DNA of 52,971 nucleotides from NCBI GenBank assembly GCA_937927565.1, contig CALBDV010000877.1, positions 1 through 52,971 of the forward strand. The letters run 5' to 3'. The number at the start of each line of letters is the position of its first letter. Position 1 is the stretch's first letter. The translations under genes were made by a program, and so were the position numbers. Origin of the DNA: an uncultured Holophagales bacterium. GTDB lineage: Bacteria; Acidobacteriota; Thermoanaerobaculia; UBA5066. The notes under the pieces were generated by a model. That model was not told the DNA's origin. It made no database searches and saw nothing but the letters and a program-made list of their open reading frames with translations. Positions 18,431 through 27,357 of this stretch are shown piece after piece.

Positions 18431-19240
18431 TCATGCGGGCGGGGCGGCAGGGGAGGCGGAGGATGGAGAGGAGGCAGAGGTTTCGAAGGTGACGTCGTGG
18501 GACGCCGCCTCGCCCTCCGCGACGGTGACGGCAAACGTCTGCGCGGGGAGCTTCTCGTGCCACGCCTCGACCGTGTACGTCCCGGCGGGGAGCCGCTGGA
18601 TCTCGTAGCGGCCGTCGGGCCCGGTCACCGCGAAGAACGGGTGGGGGACGACGGCGACCCAGGCGCGCATCCAGGGGTGGACGTCGCACTTGAAGGGGAC
18701 GATCTCGGGCTTCTCGAAGGTGCGCGTGTAGCGCGTGCCGGGAGCGGGCATGCCGAGGTTGAAGGGCGGGTTCGCTTTCGCGGCGGCGTGTACGTTGTGG
18801 AGAGTGGCGTCCGACGAGACGATGTCGAGCGGCTGGCCGGTCATCAGCGCGAGGACGCGCGGGGAGAACGCACATCCGATCTGGTCGAGCTGCTTCGCCT
18901 CCACCGGCGCGGCGTAGACGCCCGTGACGCCCTCGGTGACGCGGAGGAGGACGTTCCCGAGCCCGCCGTCCGCTCCGACGACGTACGCCGGCAGCTCCGT
19001 CTCGCCCGGGTTGTGGCCGTCGCAGAACGGGTCTGTCGTCATCGTCACCTTCTCGTTGGCCGGGGTCGCTCCAGCCAGGGAGACGCGCCCCGACACGACG
19101 GCCGTTCCGAGCCTGCCTGGAGGACCCGCCGGGGCCTTCGAGGCCTCGGGGTTTTTCGGGCTGCAGGCGCCGAGAAGGAGCGCCAGGGCGAGGGGTGCGA
19201 CGGCTGCCCGGACGGCGCGGGACGGAGAGAGACTCTGCAT
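18431..19240 (-). CDS. lipoprotein with amicyanin-like cupredoxin site and beta-sandwich (CarboxypepD_reg-like) domains
   Basis: Track ORF 18431..19324 trimmed to ATG 19240. Lipobox LLLGAC. Candidate type-1 Cu ligands are TLHNVH and KCDVHPWM, giving C-x2-H-x2-M spacing as in amicyanin CTPHPFM. GRYEIQRLPAGTYTVEAW is a typical CarboxypepD_reg strand pattern. Confidence 0.7.
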   Translation of the reverse strand: MQSLSPSRAVRAAVAPLALALLLGACSPKNPEASKAPAGPPGRLGTAVVSGRVSLAGATPANEKVTMTTDPFCDGHNPGETELPAYVVGADGGLGNVLLRVTEGVTGVYAAPVEAKQLDQIGCAFSPRVLALMTGQPLDIVSSDATLHNVHAAAKANPPFNLGMPAPGTRYTRTFEKPEIVPFKCDVHPWMRAWVAVVPHPFFAVTGPDGRYEIQRLPAGTYTVEAWHEKLPAQTFAVTVAEGEAASHDVTFETSASSPSSASPAAPPA

Positions 19241-19350
19241 GCGGCTTTTCTTGGGGGAGACGAGGTGGAAAACCCGCCCGGCTCCGAAACCCTTCATGCT
19301 ATTTCCGGACAGCAACCCTGTCAATCGACTGCCAGGAGCAGGGGTCTGGT

Positions 19351-19397
19351 CTACGCTCTACGCTCTGCTCGGTCGGGCAGGGCGCAGGGCGCAGGCC
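19351..19397. repeat. two short tandem heptamer repeats in the divergent promoter region
   Basis: CTACGCT x2 at 19351-19364. GCAGGGC GCAGGGC GCAGGCC at 19377-19397. Confidence 0.5.
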
Positions 19398-19478
19398 AGC
19401 CACCGCCCGGGGGAGATGGGGAGGACGGTGCATCCCGTTCCGCTACGATGCCCCGCGGTTGCCCGAAGGGGAGGAAGC

Positions 19479-20585
19479 GTGAGGATCGAGAAGGTCGTCC
19501 TTCGGCTCGTCGAGATGCCCCTGAAATTCCGGTTCCGGACGTCGTTCGGCGAAACGGCGAGGAAGAGGTTCCTCCTCGTGGAGGCGATCTCGGAGGGGGT
19601 CTCCGGCTGGGGGGAGTGCGTCGCCGAGGACGGGCCGTTCTACTCCCCGGAGACGACGGATTCGGCCCGGTCGGCCCTCTCGAGGTTTCTGATTCCCCTC
19701 GTCCTGGGGAGGGATCTTCCGGACGCCCCGGCGTTCGACCGGCTTGCCGAGCGGGTCCGCGGGAACCGGATGGCGAAAGGGGCGCTCGAGGCGGCCCTCC
19801 GGGACCTCTTCACGCGAGTGGACGGCGTTTCCCTCGCGCGAAACCTCGGCGGCACGCGGACGGTGATCGAGGTGGGAGTCTCCCTCGGCCTTCAGCCGAC
19901 GGTCGAGGCGACCGTCGAGGCCGTGCGGAGGCACGTGGCGCAGGGATACCGGAGGATCAAGGTGAAGATCGAGCCGGGAGCCGACGTCGACCGGGTGGCG
20001 GCCGTGCGGGAGGCGTTCCCCGACCTGCCGCTCACGGCGGACGCGAATGCCGCCTACACGCTCGAAACCTCGGAGCCGCTCCTTGCTCTCGACGCGTTCG
20101 GCCTCGACTACATCGAGCAGCCGCTCCACCACGAGGATCTCGTGGACCACGCGCGGCTCGCCGGGCGGCTCTCGACCCCCATCTGTCTCGACGAGTCGAT
20201 CCGCTCGGCCGCCGACGCCGCCGCGGCGATCTCGCTCGGGGCGTGCCGGGTCCTCAACGTGAAGATCGGGCGCGTGGGAGGGCACGGCGAGGCGCTCCGG
20301 ATCCACGAGGTGGCAACGGCGGCGGGAGTCCCCCTCTGGTGCGGCGGGATGCTCGAGTCGGGAGTCGGGCGGGCGCACAACATCGCCGCTGCGACCCTGC
20401 CCGGGTTCACGAAGCCGGGCGACACCTCGTCGTCCTCGCGCTACTTCGAGGAGGACATCGTCGAGCCGCGGCCCGAGGCGGCGGACGGCCTGATGCCGGT
20501 GCCGGACGGGCCCGGCACGGGGGTGGAGATACGGCGGGACGTCCTGGCGCGCTTCACGCTCGAGACGCTGGAGCTGCCGGCGTGA
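19479..20585 (+). CDS. enolase-superfamily o-succinylbenzoate synthase / N-succinylamino-acid racemase (NSAR/OSBS)
   Basis: C-terminal 368 aa of track ORF 18924..20585, from GTG 19479 (GGGGAGGAAG Shine-Dalgarno upstream). Catalytic pattern: KxK (RRIKVKIEPG), metal ligands TADANAAY / YIEQP / CLDES, second Lys in NVKIGRVGG. Confidence 0.85.
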   Translation: MRIEKVVLRLVEMPLKFRFRTSFGETARKRFLLVEAISEGVSGWGECVAEDGPFYSPETTDSARSALSRFLIPLVLGRDLPDAPAFDRLAERVRGNRMAKGALEAALRDLFTRVDGVSLARNLGGTRTVIEVGVSLGLQPTVEATVEAVRRHVAQGYRRIKVKIEPGADVDRVAAVREAFPDLPLTADANAAYTLETSEPLLALDAFGLDYIEQPLHHEDLVDHARLAGRLSTPICLDESIRSAADAAAAISLGACRVLNVKIGRVGGHGEALRIHEVATAAGVPLWCGGMLESGVGRAHNIAAATLPGFTKPGDTSSSSRYFEEDIVEPRPEAADGLMPVPDGPGTGVEIRRDVLARFTLETLELPA

Positions 20586-21733
20586 AGGAAGCGCCGGGCG
20601 CGGCCGGGCTCCTCGCGTACTTCTCGGCAAGAGCCGGCCCGATGCTCGGGGACCTCGAGGCGCTCGTGACGAGGGAGAGCCCGTCGGCGGACGCCGCGGC
20701 CGTCACGGCGCTGTCCGAATGGGTGCGTGCCCGCCTCTCGGCGTGCGGGGTCCCGGTCGAGCGGATCGCCTTCGAGGGATGCGGCGACGGCGTGCTCGCC
20801 CGGCTCGGTCCCGAGAAGGGCGGCACGCTTCTCCTCGGGCATCTCGACACGGTGTGGCCCGTCGGGACGCTCGCGACGCAGCCGTTTCACGCCGGGGGCA
20901 ACCTCGCGACGGGGCCGGGGGTCTTCGACATGAAGGGAGGCGTCGCGGTCCTTCTCGCCGTCCTCTCGGCGGCGGGCGAGGGAGCGTTCTCGCCGACACG
21001 CGGCGTCTCCCTCCTCCTCACCTCCGACGAGGAGGTGGGGAGCGGCGCCTCGCGCGGGCGGATCCTCGAGGAGGCGCGGCGGAGGGACCGGGTTCTCGTC
21101 CTGGAGCCGTCGGGCGACGGCGGTGCGGCGAAGGTGGCGCGCAAGGGAGTCGGCCTGGCCGTGGCGCGGTTCCGCGGGGTGCCGGCCCACTCGGGGCTGG
21201 AGCCGGAGAAGGGTGCGTCGGCTCTCCTGGAGATGGCCCGGTTCACCCTCCGGGCCGACGCCCTCGCCGACCGCGATGCGGGGACGACCGTCGTTCCGAC
21301 GCTCGCGTCCGCGGGAAGCGCGCGGAACGTCGTCCCCCCGACGGCGGAAGTGACGGTCGACTTCCGTTTCTGGACGGCGGCGGAGGGGGAGCGGATGTGC
21401 GAGGGGCTGAGTGCGTTCACGCCGTCGGACGCGCGGGTCGGCGCGGAGGTCTCGGCCGTCGTCTCGCGCCCGCCCATGGAGCCGACGCCGGAGTCGCTCG
21501 CCCTCTACCGAACCGCTCGTGCGGTGGCCGCGGCCCTCGGCTTCGGCCTCGCGGCGGCGCGCGTCGGCGGGGCCTCCGACGGCAACCTGACGGCGGCGGC
21601 GGGAATCCCGACGCTCGACTGGCTCGGCCCGCGCGGCGGGGGTGCGCACGCGCGGGGCGAGCACGTCGAGCTGGACGACCTGCCCCGGCGCGCGGCGCTC
21701 CTCGCCGCGCTCCTCTCGGAGGGGGAGGCGTGA
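20582..21733 (+). CDS. M20-family amidohydrolase (candidate N-succinyl-L-amino-acid desuccinylase)
   Basis: Last 383 aa of track ORF 18497..21733, from GTG 20582 (GTGA overlap). Motifs: GHLDTVWP, GPGVFDMKGG, TSDEEVGS. Confidence 0.85.
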   Translation: MKEAPGAAGLLAYFSARAGPMLGDLEALVTRESPSADAAAVTALSEWVRARLSACGVPVERIAFEGCGDGVLARLGPEKGGTLLLGHLDTVWPVGTLATQPFHAGGNLATGPGVFDMKGGVAVLLAVLSAAGEGAFSPTRGVSLLLTSDEEVGSGASRGRILEEARRRDRVLVLEPSGDGGAAKVARKGVGLAVARFRGVPAHSGLEPEKGASALLEMARFTLRADALADRDAGTTVVPTLASAGSARNVVPPTAEVTVDFRFWTAAEGERMCEGLSAFTPSDARVGAEVSAVVSRPPMEPTPESLALYRTARAVAAALGFGLAAARVGGASDGNLTAAAGIPTLDWLGPRGGGAHARGEHVELDDLPRRAALLAALLSEGEA

Positions 21734-22545
21734 GGGGCGCACGCCTGCAGATTCGGGAGCTGAGGAATCCCGCAGAGTTCGCCGAGGCGTCGCAGGCGGC
21801 GAAGGCGGCGTGGGGTTTCCCCGACCTCATGGTTCCGCCGCCGCCCGACATGATCACCGCCACGCACTCGGGAGGGATGACCGCGGGCGCGTTCGAGGGG
21901 AGCCGTCTCCTCGGCTTCGTTCACGCGGTTCCGCGGACGAACCTGGGGCGGCCGGCGATCCACTCGCACCTGCTGGCGGTGCGGCCCGGCGCGCAACGCC
22001 GCGGCCTGTCGGTCCTCCTCAAGCTCTACCAGCGCGAGTGGTGCCTCGCGCGCGGCATCGGCCTCGTCACGTGGACGTACGACCCGTTCATGCTCCGCAA
22101 CGCGCGGCTGAACCTCGTGAGGCTCGGCGCGGTCGTCCCAGTGTTCCTCCCGGACTTCTACGGAAAGGTCGGAGGCATCTACGGCGAGCTCCCGAGCGAC
22201 CGGTTCGAGGTGCACTGGAAGCTGGAGAGCCCTGCGGTGGAACGCGCCGCCCGCGGGGAGACGTCCCGGGTGCCGGCCGCGGACGAGGCGTCGCTCCCGA
22301 TCGTGAGGAGTGGGCAACCGGGAGCCCTCAAGGGGAAAGCAGGGGAGGAGAGGGGGGCTGCGCAGCGGGTCCTCCTGCCGTTTCCGGCCGGTTTTCCGGA
22401 GGTCTTCCGCGACGATCTCGCCGCGGGTGTCGCCGCGCGGCGGCGCTTCGGGCGCGCCGCCGCTGCACTCTTCGCGGAGGGCTTCGAGGCGGTCTCGGTC
22501 GTCGAGGCCCCGCGGGGCCCGGCCTACCTCCTCGAGCGGTCCTGA
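21730..22545 (+). CDS. GNAT-like acyltransferase (COG3375-like)
   Basis: Last 271 aa of track ORF 20719..22545, from GTG 21730 (GTGA overlap). HLLAVRPGAQRRGLSVLLKLYQREW resembles the GNAT acyl-CoA-binding Q/R-x-x-G-x-G/A segment. The family call is made by eye only. Confidence 0.65.
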   Translation: MRGARLQIRELRNPAEFAEASQAAKAAWGFPDLMVPPPPDMITATHSGGMTAGAFEGSRLLGFVHAVPRTNLGRPAIHSHLLAVRPGAQRRGLSVLLKLYQREWCLARGIGLVTWTYDPFMLRNARLNLVRLGAVVPVFLPDFYGKVGGIYGELPSDRFEVHWKLESPAVERAARGETSRVPAADEASLPIVRSGQPGALKGKAGEERGAAQRVLLPFPAGFPEVFRDDLAAGVAARRRFGRAAAALFAEGFEAVSVVEAPRGPAYLLERS

Positions 22546-22561
22546 CGGTCTCCAGCGGCCT

Positions 22562-24097
22562 CTACAGGGCCTCTTCCAGCCGGTCGCAGAGAGTCCCGAG
22601 GACGGTCAGTCGCGCGGCCTTCTTGTCGGTCGCGGAGACGAGGGTCCACGGGGCGTCGTGCGTGGAGGTGCGGGCGACCATTTCGTCGACGGCGACCTCG
22701 TAGGCGGGCCACTTCTCTCGGTTGCGCCAGTCCTCGTCGGTGATCTTGTGCTTCTTCCACTCCACTTCCTGCCGCTCGCGGAACCGTCGCAGCTGTTCCT
22801 CCGGCGAGATGTGGAGCCAGAGCTTGGAGAGGGCGATCCCCGAGTCGACGAGCTGGGCCTCGAAGTCGTTGATCTCGAGGTACGCCCGCTTCCACTCCTC
22901 TTCCTTCGCGAACCCCTCGACCCGCTCGACGAGGACGCGCCCGTACCAGGAGCGGTCGTAGATCGTGAAGCTCCCGCCGGGCGGGATGTGCCTCCAGAAG
23001 CGCCAGAGGTAGTGGTGCGCGCGCTCTTCGTCGGTCGGCGCTGCGATCGGGATGACGCGGTAGAGGCGGGCGTCCAGAGCCCACGTCACGCGGCGGATCG
23101 CTCCTCCCTTGCCTGCCGCGTCCGAACCCTCGAAGACGGCGACGGTGGAGACGCCCTTCCTCTTCCCCTCCCAGGCCAGCTTCGAGAGCCGCTCCTGCAG
23201 GCGAGGGAGCTCCTTCTTGTACTCCTCCTCGGAGACGGTCCGATCGAGGTCGATCGTGGAGAGGACTCCGGCGGGAGCGCCGGCGGCTTTCACCGCCTTC
23301 GTCGCTCTGGCCGGCTTCTTCGGCGCTGCAGACGCCGCCTTCTCCGCCGCCTTCCTCTCGGCGGCCTTTCTGGCGTCCGCGGCGGTGACGGCAGCGAGGC
23401 GCGTCTCGAGCGCCTCCACGAGGGCGCGCCCGACGGCGAGGTCTCGCCAGCGGTCATCGGCGGCCTCGACGATCGTCCAGGGGGCTTCCGGCGTGTCGGT
23501 CATCCGGAGCGCGCGCTCGGCGACGCCGACGAACCGGTCGAAATGGCCGAAGTGCTTCCAGTCGAGGCGCGTGACCTTGAAGCGGGTCTCGGGGTCCTTC
23601 TCGAACTTCTTCAGCCTCTTCTTCTGGGCGTCCTTCGAGAGGTGGAACCAGCACTTGACGAAGAGCGCGCCGTCTTTCGCGAGCTCCTTCTCGAAGAAGG
23701 CGACGCGCGAGAGGTCTGCGTCGAAGCGAGCGCCGCCCATCTTCCCGGTCGTCCGCCTGAGGACCGGCTCGGTGTACCAGGAGCCGAAGAAGATGCCGAT
23801 CCTCCCTCGCGCGGGGAGGGTCCTCCAGAATCTCCATGCGGCGGGGCGGTCGCGTTCCTCGTCGGTGCGCGGGCCGAAGACGTTCGTCTCGACGCCGCGC
23901 GGGTCGAGCCACTCGAGAAGGCGGTTGACGGTGTCTCCCTTGCCGGAGCCGTCCGCGCCAGCGACGACGACGATCACCGGGACCTTCGTCGACCTGAGAG
24001 CGAACTGCGCCGCGAGGAGGCGTGCGCGGATCGCAGGGAGCTCCGCCGCGTACTCCTCCTTCGAGAGCTTCTTCCCCAGCTCGGCCGTCTCGAACAC
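22562..24097 (-). CDS. ppk2: two-domain PPK2 (polyphosphate:AMP phosphotransferase type)
   Basis: 511 aa with two PPK2 repeats, each with a P-loop-like motif (AGADGSGKG and GSDAAGKGG) and a WRFWR motif. GTG start with GGAGG 5 nt upstream. Confidence 0.9.
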   Translation of the reverse strand: MFETAELGKKLSKEEYAAELPAIRARLLAAQFALRSTKVPVIVVVAGADGSGKGDTVNRLLEWLDPRGVETNVFGPRTDEERDRPAAWRFWRTLPARGRIGIFFGSWYTEPVLRRTTGKMGGARFDADLSRVAFFEKELAKDGALFVKCWFHLSKDAQKKRLKKFEKDPETRFKVTRLDWKHFGHFDRFVGVAERALRMTDTPEAPWTIVEAADDRWRDLAVGRALVEALETRLAAVTAADARKAAERKAAEKAASAAPKKPARATKAVKAAGAPAGVLSTIDLDRTVSEEEYKKELPRLQERLSKLAWEGKRKGVSTVAVFEGSDAAGKGGAIRRVTWALDARLYRVIPIAAPTDEERAHHYLWRFWRHIPPGGSFTIYDRSWYGRVLVERVEGFAKEEEWKRAYLEINDFEAQLVDSGIALSKLWLHISPEEQLRRFRERQEVEWKKHKITDEDWRNREKWPAYEVAVDEMVARTSTHDAPWTLVSATDKKAARLTVLGTLCDRLEEAL

Positions 24098-24204
24098 GAA
24101 CCCCTCCCGGCCGTTCGTCCCTCGGGAGAGATGGGAGAGGGAAGGAGTGGGTGCGCGGCGTCGCTAAAAAGGTTTGGCGTCGCGAACGAGATGTCCCGGG
24201 GGCG

Positions 24205-25287
<1,083 letters not shown>

Positions 25288-25331
25288 CCGTCGGTTCCCG
25301 GGTCAGTCGGGGAAGGGGAGGACCAGCCTCC

Positions 25332-25574
25332 TCAGCTGTTCGGCGTGGCGGACGCGGCGGCGGCAACGGCCTTGTCCGACTTGGCGTAGCGCTTCTGGAA
25401 GCGCTCCACTCGGCCGGCGGTGTCGATCAGCTTGGCCTTGCCCGTGAAGAAGGGGTGGCAGTTCGAGCAGATCTCGAGCCGCAGCTCCTTCATCGTGCTA
25501 CCGGTCTTCCAGGTCGCTCCGCAGGAGCAGTGAACGTTCACTTCCTGGTACTGGGGGTGGATCTTCTCCTTCAC
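25332..25574 (-). CDS. rpmE: 50S ribosomal protein L31 (zinc-ribbon type)
   Basis: Last 80 aa of track ORF 25332..26162, from GTG 25574 (AAGGAG Shine-Dalgarno upstream). Sequence [22 protein letters not shown]...[11 protein letters not shown], with the CxC...CxxC motif. Confidence 0.9.
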   Translation of the reverse strand: MKEKIHPQYQEVNVHCSCGATWKTGSTMKELRLEICSNCHPFFTGKAKLIDTAGRVERFQKRYAKSDKAVAAAASATPNS

Positions 25575-25680
25575 GGGTCGACTCCTTCTTCGCCCAGCCG
25601 CATGTGAGCCGGGCCGGAACCGGAGAAGATACCACAGGCTCCCGAGGGGAGACGCCCGGCGGGGTCTAAACTCCGGAATC

Positions 25681-27336
25681 GTGCTGGTCCTCACCATCCA
25701 CACGCCCGGCGAGCCGGTCAGCCGGTTCCTCGTCGACCGCCCGTCGCTGAACCTCGGCCGCTCCTCCACGAACGACGTCTTCCTCCCCGATCGCACCCTC
25801 TCCCGCGTCCACGCCAGGCTCGACCAGAAACCCGAGGGGCTCGTCCTGACGGACCTCGGCTCGAGGAACGGAACCCAGCTGAACGGATCGAGGCTCGTCG
25901 AGCCGATCGTGGTCCATCCGGGGGACCGGATCGTCCTGGGAGAGACCTCGATCGAGGTCTCCGAGGAAGCCCACTCCACGGCGCGGGTCGTCATCGACGC
26001 AGGAATCGACCGGCTCGACCGGACGATGATCTCCACCTCGAACGCCGCCCTGAGCCTGCGGCGCCCGGCGGCCCGCGAGCTGACCGACGCCGCCGAGCTG
26101 AAGCGCCTCGCGACGTCGCTCCAGATCCTGAACGAGGTCTCCCTGGCGCTCCTGAGCGACATCCCGCCCGCGGAGCTGTCGAACCTGATCCTGGAGAAGC
26201 TCTTCGCCTACCTCGAGCCCGACCGGGGTCTCCTGATGCTGTGCGACGGTGCGGGGGAGCTCCGCCCCGAAGCGGTGAGGTTCGCCGAGGGGATCGACCC
26301 CGCCGACATCCGCCTCTCGAGGACGCTGGTCGAATCGGTCACCGGGCAGAAGCACGGCGTCCTGATGATCGACACGGCGACCGACGCGAAGATCGGGGTC
26401 GCGGACTCGATCCGCCTCCAGGGGATCACCTCCTGCATCGCCGCGCCCCTCCTGGTCGACGAGGAGGTCATCGGCCTCGTCTACCTCGAGGCCCGGCTCG
26501 GACGGAAGAGCTTCACCGAAGAAGACCTCAAGCTCCTGACCTCGCTGGCGAACACGGCGGCGATCAAGATCCAGAACCTGAGGCTCCACGAGGCCTCCGC
26601 CGCCCGGCAGCGGATCGAGCGCGAGATGGCCCTCGCGTGGGACGTCCAGCGGCGCCTCTTTCCCGAGGTCGCGCCCGACCTCCCCTCGTCGGAGCTCTTC
26701 GGACGCACTCTTCCCGCGCGGACCGTGTCGGGCGACTACTACGACTTCTTCGTGCGGAGCGACGGGACGGTCGACATCGTCGTCGCCGACGTCTGCGGGA
26801 AAGGAATGGCGGCGTCGATCCTGGCCGCATCGGTCCAGTCGGCGTTCCAGGCATGGGCGGCCGAGCACTTTGCGCCCGACCGCGTCTGCGCCCGCCTGAA
26901 CGACCTCGTCCACCGCCGGACGAGCCCCGAGAAGTTCGTCACGTTCATCGGGACGCTCTACGACCCCGAGACGGGGGCCGTCGTCTACTCGAATGCGGGA
27001 CACAACCCCGGCATCGTTCTGAGGGCCGCGGGCGGGCACGAGCTCCTTTCGGCGCAGGGCCCTCCGCTCGGGCTCTTCCCGGGCCAGGCCTACGGTTCCG
27101 GCGCGCTGACCCTCGAGCGGGGCGATCTCCTCGTCCTCTACACGGACGGCATCACCGAGGCCGCGAATCCCGACGACGACGAGTTCGGCCTCGACCGGCT
27201 CATCGCCCTGGTCCGTGGTGTCGCGTCGAGGCCGCTCGACGAGATCGAAGCGGCCATCGTCGAGGGTCTGACGGCCTTCGCGGCCGGCGTGCCATTCCAC
27301 GACGACCGGACCGTCGTTCTCCTGCGGCGGCTGTAG
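25681..27336 (+). CDS. FHA - GAF - PP2C/SpoIIE-type serine/threonine phosphatase
   Basis: 551 aa. FHA motif: [32 protein letters not shown]. Central GAF-like region. PP2C/SpoIIE motifs: [37 protein letters not shown]. Confidence 0.85.
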   Translation: MLVLTIHTPGEPVSRFLVDRPSLNLGRSSTNDVFLPDRTLSRVHARLDQKPEGLVLTDLGSRNGTQLNGSRLVEPIVVHPGDRIVLGETSIEVSEEAHSTARVVIDAGIDRLDRTMISTSNAALSLRRPAARELTDAAELKRLATSLQILNEVSLALLSDIPPAELSNLILEKLFAYLEPDRGLLMLCDGAGELRPEAVRFAEGIDPADIRLSRTLVESVTGQKHGVLMIDTATDAKIGVADSIRLQGITSCIAAPLLVDEEVIGLVYLEARLGRKSFTEEDLKLLTSLANTAAIKIQNLRLHEASAARQRIEREMALAWDVQRRLFPEVAPDLPSSELFGRTLPARTVSGDYYDFFVRSDGTVDIVVADVCGKGMAASILAASVQSAFQAWAAEHFAPDRVCARLNDLVHRRTSPEKFVTFIGTLYDPETGAVVYSNAGHNPGIVLRAAGGHELLSAQGPPLGLFPGQAYGSGALTLERGDLLVLYTDGITEAANPDDDEFGLDRLIALVRGVASRPLDEIEAAIVEGLTAFAAGVPFHDDRTVVLLRRL

Positions 27337-27357
27337 GTTCGGGGGCTGCCGGGGAGG

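Noticed and set aside
18497-21733. 1078-aa + ORF, and the 553-aa (18924..20585) and 608-aa (20719..22545) ORFs
   Set aside because: Each is real only in its 3' portion (M20, NSAR and GNAT respectively). The 5' portions are Arg/Gly-rich read-through of neighbouring genes. Starts were reset to GTG codons that overlap the preceding stop.
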